Assembly: GCA_964187785.1 (NCBI GenBank)
Contig: OZ076413.1
Location: 46,254,001 to 46,318,000, forward strand
DNA length: 64,000 bases
Direction: 5' to 3'
Origin: Amphiscolops sp. MND2022
Taxonomy: Eukaryota
Below, piece by piece: positions 53,116-64,000 of the stretch. Position 1 is the first letter of the stretch. Each line of letters begins with the position of its first letter. The notes below the pieces were generated by a model, which worked only from the letters and a program-made list of their open reading frames with translations, did no database searches and was not told the origin of the DNA. The translations under genes were made by a program, and so were the position numbers.

Positions 53116-56100
53116 CTAGTTTTTCTTGCCTTTACAAGAATTGCCTTTTGCTTTACCAGAAACTGAATCAGTTCGCGCTTCAGCACATTGTGAGACTAGA
53201 CTAACTCTGCTAAGAGTTGGATCTGGAGAAGGAGTACTATTTGCACTACTACGGCGGCTTACACTTGGGGTAGTACTTCTAGAACTTCCAGGAGGTCTTT
53301 CAATACGAAGGACAGATTTCCGATAACCAGTTTCTAGCTTGCCCAAAAGAGTAGATCGCTTCTGTCCATTTCCCTTGAGAAAGTTCCAAATGGAGAATTT
53401 CTTGTCGGTCGATAGATCAGTTCCTCGGCCAAGGAGTCGAAAAACACGAGAGATCGATTTAGGGTCTCGGTATAAACTTGAAATGTGCGGAATTGTCTGG
53501 TATGATGCCTGTAGACTCCACAAACAGGATTGGATAGTTTCAATTCCATTCTCTAAACTGGTAAGAGGGACGATGAAAGGACTTGGCATTTTGATTAAAG
53601 GGGATAAACACAAACAGGAGTATCTGTACAGTTGATACAATTCGGGACGACATTGAATCTCGTAATGAGACGATACGTAATGCACCCAAGCCTCGTAATC
53701 AGGGACAGGACAATCACGAAGTTTTGTAACGAAGGATCGATACTACTGGCTTGTAGCTTTTGTTTTATCACTAGCTGTGATACACCCTCTGGCAACGAAA
53801 TAGGATGCTAACGTTTCAATTGAAGCAGTATATTGCTCCTCCGCAACCTCAAATATGACACTAGGGTCGAATGATGATAACCCCCTAATCAGGTCAGATT
53901 TGATCACTTCGTGACTCAGCAGCAATTTACAAAACGCCTTGCAGAAGGCGATTGATTGATCAACAAATTTGCCTGGGCGAGGCATTTTACTGGCAACAAC
54001 AAGATTGTAAAAGTCTTCATTAAGTATAAATTCGCTTGATGTTTTAAAGGGCAGCCCAGTTTGGTCCAAATCTAAATGAAGATAACCATCCCAATTAGAA
54101 ATGCTTCCAAGCGTATCATCTGGAAGGAGGTTTTGGAGCTGGCTATATGCGAAAACTACAAACTGGTTGTATAGCCGAATACCACCTTCAACTCCTTGTT
54201 TGACTTCGTGGAAGGCAGAGTTATCTGAAACAAAAGGAAAATAGTGACACTCTAAAACGCGTTATGATCTCAACCAGCACGCAGAGATAAAACATACGTC
54301 ATTATACAATTCGATTTGTGACGATCATACGTCATAATACAAGTTCAACAATGTGTCTATACGTCATTCAGCGGATCTAGGTTTGACGATTATACGTCAC
54401 TATGCGGAATTGCAAATTAGAGTATACGTCATCCAGCGGATCGAGATGTCACGACTATACGTCACTATACGGAATTGCAAATTGAATTATACGTCATTAT
54501 GCGGAATTGCAAATCGGACTATACGTCACTATGCGGAATTGGAAATCGGACTATACGTCACTGTGCGGAATTGCAAAATGGACTATACGGCATCATGCGG
54601 AATCCACGGGATAATTATACGTCATTATGCGGAAATCACTGTACGTGCTGAAAAGATTAACCGGGCCAGACGATTAACAGCCACCATATTCTTACAGCTT
54701 AAAAAGGTCTAAATAAAAGTACGGAAATAAACCGAACTATGTTCGTTATGAAAATAGTGGGATTAATCGGACCATAGTAAAAAGGGAAATGAAAATTCTA
54801 CTGGGGACTTGGTTGTTGTAGCAAAGACCGTCTCAAGAAAATGAAAGTGACTAACAGTGGTCTATTGTGCATCTGATAATGAAAAGCCGGGTCAGATAAT
54901 TGGTGTCTAAGCGAAAACACTCGTCCAAAGTGTTCGGCTGAAACAGTAATGAGAACTATACGGAAAGAAGGAAGGCTAGTCTACCACAGACAGAAATATA
55001 ATAACGATAACATGTGAAATCTGTACTCTGGCAGTCTGGCCACTTGATTTAGGTGTTCACGCACCCGGTCCCAATTCTTGGATAAGTCCTCTATGATGAT
55101 GGACGCTTCGCTCAAAGAATACTCAAGCCGAGTTATACACTAAAATGAAGAAGACCTGTAAAGATCAAACTCAAGTGTATTTGTACCGAACACAACATGA
55201 AATGATACATAATTTGTGTAGTGTTGGCAAGTTCTGTATCCAGTCTCGATCCAATGCTGTCCGCAGTTTCATTAAAAGGAAATCTAGAATCGTACGAAAA
55301 TCATGTCGCTCAATGATTTGAGCGGTAGGTAGGGCAAGACTGGATTCAAAATCGGACGGTTCATATATACTGGTAATGAATGGCCTTTTTGCTCCAGGTA
55401 AATTAGTACGGAGACAATCAGCTAATTTTTCATCAAAACCAATTAAGGAAACCAAAGAAGGAGCAGTATCAAAAAGACTGATGAACGAGGCGAGTAAAGC
55501 AAGAATCTTGCGAGGAAGTAACATTCCTCTTGGGGAACTGCCCCGGCACACACGGTGGAGCACGTTTCCAGATCAGAATGATAAAACGATGAATGAAGTG
55601 GTAACAGAGTGTTGGAGTGATAACGAATACAATCCTGTGTCGGAGATCTTGTCAGTACAGTAACCCATTAGTTCTCTGAACATATGTACCAGGATGGCCT
55701 GTTAACACGCACAAAGTAAAAAAGAGCTTACTCAATTAAATGAAAATGCGCAACTAAAGATTAAAACACTTCATACAAGTCACAATGCGAAAGCGAATGT
55801 CCCCAATTCAATAGTTAAAATAAAATACTAACATATAGGCGTTGATCGCTCCAATTCTGGGTAGACAACACGTTGGAGGAAGTCAGTCTGGATACTTCTC
55901 CATAGATCCCAGAAAGGTTGTCTACGTGTCCCCCATTTCTGAGCCCGAACTCTAAAATGGTTATTTGGAACAAAACCTTCTCAGTAGGACTGGATGCAAT
56001 GTTTGTAGCAAGGACTGCAGATTGTCCCACTAGAGGATGTCGAGAGTCTAATTGGGACGCTATTGGATAAGTGTCCTTTGCAGTTTTCTTCGCGTTTTGG

Positions 56101-57524
56101 AGGGCTGTTCCAAGGATCACTTTACAGTCTTTATCAAACAAAGGCATGCTGGTTATCTCCATACGGATTCGATGCTCTTTGATTAGGTGTGAGTCAGTCC
56201 GATAATGGGAGACCAGTTCCAAGGGTCCTCGACTCATTAGGGATAATTCCACACGACACACCCTACACCACCACTTATAGGGAGTTTTATTGGCGTCGAG
56301 TGGACCAGTAGCAGAAAATTGCAACACTGGGTGTTTTTTTAACATTCCAACTGTGAGGGAGTATTTAGGTCTCCTTCTCTTACCATAGTGCGTGCTATCC
56401 TGATACTGTCTATCGGAACGGACAGCCATTGATGATGAAGGCCCTGATAGTTCCTCCTGACTAGACGTAGTGACCATTACAGGGTCCGCTATAACGTCAA
56501 CGACGGACAAGGATAGAGGTTGATCTAGATTCGCTCCATCTCCTGTAAGTAAGTCTGGTGGGATTCGCCCCAAAAAATTATTGATGGTCGTTAACTCTCT
56601 TCGGGTAATGTTGAACTGAGTATACTCTCCTGGAAATTCCTGCATTGCCACCTCTTGTTCATTGGATACTTGAATCTCCTCCCCCTCTGCTCCAAATATG
56701 TCACCTTGACTGAGTAACATAGGGTTCTCATGCGAAGCCCTGTCGAAGCTGTTGGGTGAGAGATATTGATTTAACTGAGGTGGAGGAGTTTGGGTTCCTT
56801 GTAGGGAAGGATAAGTCTCTCCCATGACCTCTTGTGATCTATTTTCAACGCTGTCTCCGCTGTAATTATGGTCGAAACACACTTGGGAACGGGACGTGCA
56901 TTGACTAGTGGAAGCTTCAATTTCAGTTCCTTCTTCCTGCTCGTGATCAGCGGGAAATATCTCACATGTAGCGTGTGGAGCGGCAGTCACAACTTTTATC
57001 CCTTCATCAATCTGCAAAGTAGGGGTGATAGGGGATTCCAAAGAGCCTTGGGGTTGAACTAAATTTGGAGATGCTACTTCTAACAAAGTCAGAGTTTTCT
57101 CTGGTGTTTCTGCTGTAGGATTCTGTACTGAAGTGGGTTCAGCTAAAACAATGATCGATTACTTGAAGAAAGAAGGAATTGATCACGCAAACGAGTTCGT
57201 CCTAGATTAACTGAAACCGGACGCGGCAACAGGAAATGAAAAGAACGGAAATCGTTTAAAGTTAGAAACGGAAACGTTTCAAAAAAATCTGAATTTGTTT
57301 AGTAATCCATAGCGGGACATTTTCAATTCGTAAGCCTGGCCAGCTTCGAAAACTTACTAAACTCCCTAAACCAAATCAAGTCAAACCAAGAACATACTGA
57401 ACTTACCTTGTGTGGATTCCAGGGGTAGATAATCAGCCCAAAATTCATCGCGTTGTAGCTTCAACAGCTCCTTTCTAGTCAGTCAGGTACTAGAATTCCC
57501 AGGCTCTCCTGGTTTATAGTCCAT
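53116..57524 (-). CDS. Element C antisense multi-exon gene: BED-like finger, hAT-transposase-like protein (partly decayed; start uncertain)
   Basis: Donor at 57406; an exon ending at 55833 contains CRVCRVELSLMSRGPLELVSHYRTDSH; exons start at 55698 (AILVHMFREL) and 54224 (DNSAFHEV), at the same positions as in B. Confidence 0.78.
54290..54640. repeat. Degenerate ~32-33-bp tandem repeat in an intron of the C antisense gene
   Basis: About 11 recurrences of the TATACGTCA(C/T)TATGCGGA core. Confidence 0.85.
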
Positions 57525-57706
57525 TTCCTATCCAGAAGGTCACTCCCTGAGGGATGATAAACGTTTGGAAGTAATCAGGAATTTTCCTTGAAGAGGAAGA
57601 TTATGAAAGAGAAGTAAGACGAGGAGAGAGCTAATTCTGTGGAAAATGACAAAAATGACTCAAAAGACTATAGACGATAATTGAATTGACGAATAAAGTA
57701 AAGCAA

Positions 57707-57830
57707 GTTATAGGCGTGGCGTTAAAAGAAAGGCAAAAGAGCGAATGAGACAGTTGTGCGCAAATTGATAAAGAAATACTCAAATCTGATTGGCTAATTA
57801 AATGTCAATCACGTCTGCCAGCGTGATTGA
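57707..57830 (-). promoter_or_regulatory. Putative promoter of the C antisense gene
   Basis: Minus strand CGCTGGCAGACGTGATTG, AGCCAATCAG and CCACGCC-TATAAC, conserved with B. Confidence 0.6.
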
Positions 57831-57878
57831 TTGATTCATTACAAGGTTAGCCATTAGCTAATTGCATGCATAATGTAA

Positions 57879-58028
57879 TATGCGGCAATATGCGGATTGC
57901 TGATGAAGAATATGCGGCAGTATGCGGATTGCTGATGAAGAATATGCGGCAGTATGCGGATTGCTGTTGAAGAATATGCGGCAGTATGCGGATTGCTGAT
58001 GAAGAGTATGCGGCAGTATGCGGATTGA
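57879..58028. repeat. 32-bp tandem repeat (~4.5 copies)
   Basis: Unit TATGCGGCAGTATGCGGATTGCTGATGAAGAA (starts at 57911, 57943, ...). Confidence 0.9.
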
Positions 58029-58795
58029 ATAGTGGCGCATACTCGTCACCCTAGGTTTTCGCTGCATGTATTTAATGATATGAATTAATGCAGTTCGTGA
58101 TTAGAATTGAATATACAATGAGATATTACGTAATACTCTGGAGAAATTAAAGCATTCTCATTGACAAACATGTGTGATATTGTTGATGTTTTGGTATGCG
58201 GCATTGACACCCTGTTGAAAAATCATCAACCTGCCAGCATTTTTAAATGCGGGACTGAGTTTAATGCATGATTTCCTTTAAAATTTTTCTTTGATTTTGG
58301 GAGAGGTATTTAACGCAATACAAGTTTCATAAGCCTTTTCACCATTTTATAAATTAGTCATGTAAAACCATATGAATTTCTTTCTTCTTTCTTCTTTCTT
58401 CTTTCATTCAAGGAAATATATTCATGAAATCGTTTTAATGTTGATTGCTTTGATCTTAGGTTAAACTTTGTTTATATATCATTTGTTTGCCAAGGAATTT
58501 ACGAAAACTCTAGTGATAAGTGACGATTCAACGAAGTGTTAAAGCGAAACACCTTTTATGGAAATTGTTTATAACCTATTGTGAATGAGTCTCATGATAC
58601 AATCACCGACGAAACCCTTATAAAGGAAAACGGAAAATTTGAAAAGCATGACGCTCAATTTCTGCGCGGGTTTTTGTCAAAAACAAGAGGAAGAAGAAAA
58701 TCGATCCCCATATGGTCTTTACAATTTCATAAATTAGTTGCCTTCTGAAATCTTTGAAAATCTGAAATACTCAGTGATTTCACTGCAAATCTAAA

Positions 58796-59816
58796 ATGGA
58801 AAAACTCCAATTTAATACTGACGTAAATTCGTTATACTCCCCTATATCCCCTGATGTGGTGGATATTTCGAGCGAGTCAGAAAATAGCTTCTCGATTGCT
58901 CCCGGAGACATTGCCCAGCTTGACGAAAGATTTCGAATTAACACAACTGGGAGTAACCTGATGTCGGCTTTCATGGGCTCAACATTGGCTCCGTTATATG
59001 TGGATCCAGCCAATACAGCAGAACAGAATGAGTCTGTAAGTGCCACAGGGACACAGATAGAACAAGACCTGATGGAGTTGTTAACGGGAATCGCAAGAAG
59101 ATAGGATGATTTCCCCAAGTTCATTCATAGATAGTGAGTTTGAAGAAGGGAATTTGTTCCCTTGGACGCTGGGTAATACCCCACCTTAAGACACAAACAA
59201 TTATGGTCGACCTACCGCCAGGGTTCCCCCTACCCAAAGAGTGATCCCCAGTGCAGGTGGAATATTGCCAAGGCCAGCCCCCACTTACCCACCTAACTAC
59301 AGGCCAGAGACGTCCGATTTTTAACACACGCAATCTAGTGAACCCATGGATCAAGAGCTACGCAGAGATATAGCTCCGACTCAATGTACACTGAATGCAG
59401 TGCAAGGATTTAATTTGTCACCCGCGTTCTTCCCCATCCCAATGAGGGAAGCTCCCATTGAGAACCGACAGATCACAGTTCAACCAATGGTGCAGTTAGG
59501 CTTTCCCTTTTGCGTGACCCACAGTACGAATCTCATTCTTATCCCTGCAAAAGAAAGACAAAGCTTGAGACTACTGCCAACCGTCATGTCAAATGTGGCG
59601 GGTTACTGCGACATATGTGGTAAATGCTACGATCAGATCGCACTGGAAACGTTGGGTGAGTACCTCATGGCAACTGAATACGAGGGAGAGACAGTGAAAG
59701 AAAGAGCGATTAGATCAAGAGCATTTATCCTCGGATTCGAAGCAGCCCTGTTCCTCTTTAAAAATGCGGGACTGTCGCATCCATCAAGATGCGATGGTTC
59801 CGTGGTGCAACTTTGA
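58796..59816 (+). pseudogene. Element C ORF3 (sense, disrupted), reading into the 3' LTR
   Basis: 58796-59104 (SPDVVDISSES, GTQIEQDL) and 59346-59816 (CDICGKCYD...ATEYEGETV...FEAALFLFKNAGLS) are both homologous to B ORF3. Confidence 0.75.
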
Positions 59817-61289
59817 AGAGGAACGGACGATAGACTCATTTCAAAAAACTCTCTAAAAGTCTGATGAACCCGTTTTATATGTCTTAAAACTCAATGTTGT
59901 TTAGTCTCGAAAGTCATGTATATATGATATTTATAATATGGTTGTTGTGAATGGACCTTCATCATAGTGCCAACGTACCTTCATTGCTTCATTGGGAACC
60001 CTTGTTTTAATCATACAATGAGTTATCTCATTGTCTAATCATATATTCTAAAGTTCCTGATGCGTCTAAATTCGTCATCAGGTAGTAATCTACTTCTTAG
60101 CTAGTACAATTATGCGGTACTATGCGGATTGAAGTGTGACGTATACTCGTCATTATGCGTTTTTACTAGTATCATTATGCGGCATTATACGTTTCAAGGT
60201 GTAACGAGTATGCGGCATTATGCGCTTTTCATAATAACTTTATACGGCATCCTGCGGAACTAATAGTGACGCATACTCGTCACTATGCGGTTCTCGCAGG
60301 ACTTATTAAATAACCCCAGCACGTGTTATAACGTTATCTAGAAGCCAACGCAATTACAAATGAAGGCCATCTTAAGAGATTCCCAGGGTTCATTAGTTTC
60401 TTTTCCCAATCATACTTTTATGATGTCATGTAAATGTGCTATTTTTATAATATAACGTCATTGGACGTAATTCTATTTTTGTCTCGATTCCATACAATGA
60501 CTCCCATAAAAAGGAGTGTCACGAGTTTTGGATTTTGTTCGGAGTTTTCAATCGGAGAGATTCATTAAGAATCCAAACCTCATCAAGTGCAGTTACTTTC
60601 TAAAATAACTGTAAAACTTTGATTTCGTCACCGTAAAACTTCAGCTTTGCTCTTCATTTGGGATACAAGACTAATTCAAATTCTTTCCCAAAAGCTAGAA
60701 AACGTTTTCACCTGAGATAACATGGGAAATAAAAGAAGCAGAAGGTCTAGAAGACTTGAGACACCGTCCCCAGACAGAGAAGTGGAGGTAACACAAATAG
60801 AAACCCCTAAAACAGGTAATGAAGCTTTAATTGATCTCAGTAATGTTGCCCAGGGAAATTTAGGTGAAAATAGCTCCGAAAACCAGTTAACCGAACCTAG
60901 TCAAATGAATAATGAGATGCAAGTTTGGACCCAAATCATGGAACAAAAGAACAACGATAGGATTGAAAGGATGAGAGAAGTATTGGAAAACAAACTTGAG
61001 GCGATTCTAAAAGAAATAAAGTCCAATAAAAGTGCATCCACAGTAACTAATCCTAGGTCGGATATAAATGAAATGCGAGAAAGCCAACCATCGGGATCCA
61101 AATTGAGTAAATCTATAGGAGTTCATGCATCCAATAACGAAAACTCTGATTCCGAGAACGACGACTATCCTCTTAGAGCATCTAAAATGAAGGACTTGAA
61201 ACATCCTGCTAAGCCCTTCTTTGAAACTGAAACAGACTTAGATCAAACAATACTTTCAAATGAAGAATCCGAACAAGAGGATTATCACA
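59773..61289 (+). repeat. Element C 3' LTR (1517 bp)
   Basis: Direct repeat of the split 5' LTR; contains an intact Gag-N ORF from 60722. Confidence 0.95.
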
Positions 61290-62023
61290 ATAAAGATATC
61301 GGATCATATGTCAAACTAACAAAAAAAGCTTCTGATTTGAGCGGTAAGTTGTTACTTGCGAGAAGAAACTGTCTTTAATTGCAATCAACGAGCTACATCG
61401 TCAACTCTTTAATTATGATTCAATTGCAATTTATCTTAAATTTACTAATTTACTACATTACTTCTACTACTGTTACTAAAATACAAATTCCAAAAATTAT
61501 AAGCCTTCCACTATGATGAATTTCATATTTCTGCAATTTGCATGTTTTTATAGACATTTATTATTGTTTGTTTGAAAATAATTTGAAAATTTGTTTCCAA
61601 CGCGAATAAAAAGTATTTATTGTCAGTGAACAACATTATTGCATTACCATATTGCAGACCTTCCGCAGTTCGGATGTTGCAACTGAGCGTTTCCATGTCA
61701 AATGAGTCCAGAAAAATTTTACAGCAGATTTCTTGGACAATTCGTTCCAATATTCACTTCCATGCACTGAATGAGTTGAATCTTTGCAGACACTGCGGAA
61801 ATTCACTCAGCCAACAACGGCATGTTTAAAACGTTCCTTCTGATCAAAATCTGTTCATGCGGAATGAACTCGATCACATTCAAAAGCTGCTAAGTTTTAA
61901 ACCATGGTCTGCAGAAGTCCGAGTTGACTGAATTTTACAAACTAACAGAATTTTTAATTAGTGAAGATCAAGTGCAATTGAAAAAGACACGCAAATTGGC
62001 CGAAAAATGGATGAAATTTTTTC

Positions 62024-62341
62024 TGAAGAGGCTTCTTGAATACATTTTAGTGATCACTAAAATGTATTCAAGAAACCTCTTCAAAACTTCGGTTCTTCAT
62101 CGAACAATTTGTGAAAAACCCATCTATTCTTTCTGTATTAGTTCATTTCTCCTTTCATTTTGTATGAAAATTTTATCCCACTTGGAACCAAAATTAACCT
62201 TTTAAAATGGATCGATCCATTTTAAAAGGTTAATTTTGGTTTCAAGTGTGGATAAAAATTTCATACAAAATGAAAGGAGAAATGAACTAATACAGAAAGA
62301 ATAGATGGTTTTTCACAAATTGTTCGATGAAGAACCAAAGT
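62024..62341. repeat. Two abutting spacer-less palindromes (30-bp and ~128-bp arms)
   Basis: 62024-62083 is centred on TGA|TCA; 62086-62341 is centred on GGATC|GATCC. Few mismatches. Confidence 0.95.
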
Positions 62342-62698
62342 GAGAACTGTTCTGAGACCGAAGTGAATAATACTTGCTTATAGAGAATGAAGTAAGAAAA
62401 ATTATTTCCCCAAGTCCGCGGGGTGGACGCCGAATAATACGTTCTGCTTTTCTAAGACGGCGCCTTGTTTCGGATAATATCTCCCCATAGCAGGCTATGG
62501 TACCATATTTGCAGCCAAATGGTCAACAAATGGTTCAATTGAAGCCGTGGTTTCAAAGTGACTTGCTCAAGGTCACAATATCTGACTGCTCGCCGTTGCT
62601 CTTTTCCGTTTTTCTTTTCTCCGTCAAATGCGTTCATTTTTGTCATTGACCATACCACTAAGCTATGGCGGATGAAGGACTTGCTTGAGGCCCAACAA

Positions 62699-62775
62699 TG
62701 GTGAGTTGAGAGAGATTCGAACCTGATACCGCCCCCAATACAGCCGGAATGCTGTAATCACTATAGTATACACCA
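62699..62775 (-). other. tRNA-derived fragment (tRNA pseudogene or SINE head)
   Basis: Minus strand TATAGTGATT (A-box-like), GGTTCGAATC (B box), ending ...CACCA. Stems are poorly paired. Confidence 0.35.
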
Positions 62776-64000
62776 TGCTCCCCAATTTTTCCTAAAACTT
62801 GGGATAATTATGTGCAGTGTACGGTTTTTCATCAAGGGGTTTCACAAGGTAGAAATTTCCCTTTTTGATTTGCGAATTTTCCTTCCACATTCTATTAAAA
62901 ATTGGACTCCAGTATTTGCAGAGCTACAAAACAGCTACTTTTGATGCAAAAGTTTCAGACGATTACTATGAACAAAACCGAGGTTACCTTGTTTGACAAA
63001 AATTCTCACCTTGCAAGCGGATACCATATAAAAACTCTATCTGACGGTTCATGCTGCATTCCTACCAAACTTGCATGGTGGGCCAACCCGGGTATGAATT
63101 TCTATAAGTTTATTCTTTTTAGTCGGCATCTTCGGCGTAAAAGCACGACTACTTACAGTGGATAGATTTTTTTCTCTAGTAGCTCGGATCCGTCCACTTT
63201 TACGGAGAACGGATGGAGCGCAAATATTTTTCATACTGTACAGACCATTTGGCCTAGCCTGCAAGCTATACACATTTCTTCACGTTAAATCCAAATTAAG
63301 TTGCGTTCTACTAAGGAGGAGGCGGAGGTTCGGAAAAAACGCTCACATTTGTCCCAGCACGTTATATCCGAAGTAAAACGGGTTCTACTAAGGAAGTGAC
63401 CGAAGAGGACGAATGGAAAAAATCAATCTTTTGTTTTCGGCACTGTACCAGTCAAATCATATGGTCAAATGGTTAACCCGTTTCTTTGACTGAGAAAAAG
63501 CATTTTGCGAAATTAGTGGGTCTCCTTTTGGGTTTTTCAGCTTTATGAGAGTTTTTCTGGAAAGAAAAAACATTGACGTCTTTTTCATAAATTGAGATTT
63601 TTGATGTTTCGAGTTAGGTTCAATTTTTCTGGAAAAAAATCCACTCAATTAAAGGGTTCCCGTTCATTTCTCAGAAACAGTTCCAGCTTTAAAAAAGCGT
63701 TTAGCGACCCGGGTTGACCCTCTTAATAGCATCTTGGCTGTCTTGGCAAGATCTTGCCAAATTCTTAGTACATCTTGGCAGCCATGGATCCCATGGCAAG
63801 ATTCTTATTAAGATCTTACTAAGATAATACTTGTTCCAAGATCGTATCTTATCACGATGGACAAAATTTTAAGATTTTTAAAAAACACTATACCTTCGGT
63901 ACAAGCAGCCGAGACTCAATCTAAAGGCTCATTTCACCCAACAACGACTATTTCTACTCGTTTTCATTAATCAAAATGCTTAAACCTGCTGAAAAAATTT

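Larger units (their letters stand above)
16714..61289 (+). mobile_element. Ty3/Gypsy element C (outermost of the nest; internally deleted)
   Basis: LTRs TGTCGCA...TATCACA at 16714-16887 + 47482-48826 and at 59773-61289. TSD ATAAA at 16709-16713 and 61290-61294. Confidence 0.95.

Noticed and set aside
54290..54640. CRISPR-like regularly spaced repeats and ORF 54353-54712
   Set aside because: The units are degenerate tandem copies with no unique spacers or cas genes, in a eukaryotic context. The ORF is a by-product of the repeat.
57879..58028. 32-bp repeat as a CRISPR array
   Set aside because: Head-to-tail copies with no spacers.
63725..63850. AAGATCTT / ATCTTGGC short repeats
   Set aside because: Probably a MITE or minisatellite fragment; boundaries cannot be defined.

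Overview
AT-rich eukaryotic (probably invertebrate) repeat DNA; I could not support any host gene. Bases 16714-61289 are a triple nest of Ty3/Gypsy LTR retrotransposons from three related families. Element C (+, 16714-61289, TSD ATAAA) has element B (-, 16888-47476, TSD TGGTT) inserted in its 5' LTR, and B has element A (+, 17960-33283, TSD GATGG) inserted in its 3' LTR. All three have 1.1-1.5 kb LTRs that encode the Gag N-terminus, a TGGTGACAGGAG primer-binding site inside gag, and an antisense intron-containing gene downstream of pol. That gene encodes a BED-like zinc-finger protein resembling a catalytically dead hAT transposase, and at least one intron position is shared by all three families. 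B and C add a sense ORF3 that runs into the 3' LTR where a PPT would be expected. A and B retain -1 gag-pol slippery sites, each followed by a sequence complementary (14 nt in A, 10 nt in B, with a compensatory change) to a motif 10-12 kb downstream. The flanks hold a decayed Gypsy relic, a Helentron/DINE-like element, an RTE-like LINE inside an old LTR, a Tc1 relic, tRNA-like fragments and two abutting palindromes. All alignments, counts and splice models were done by eye.
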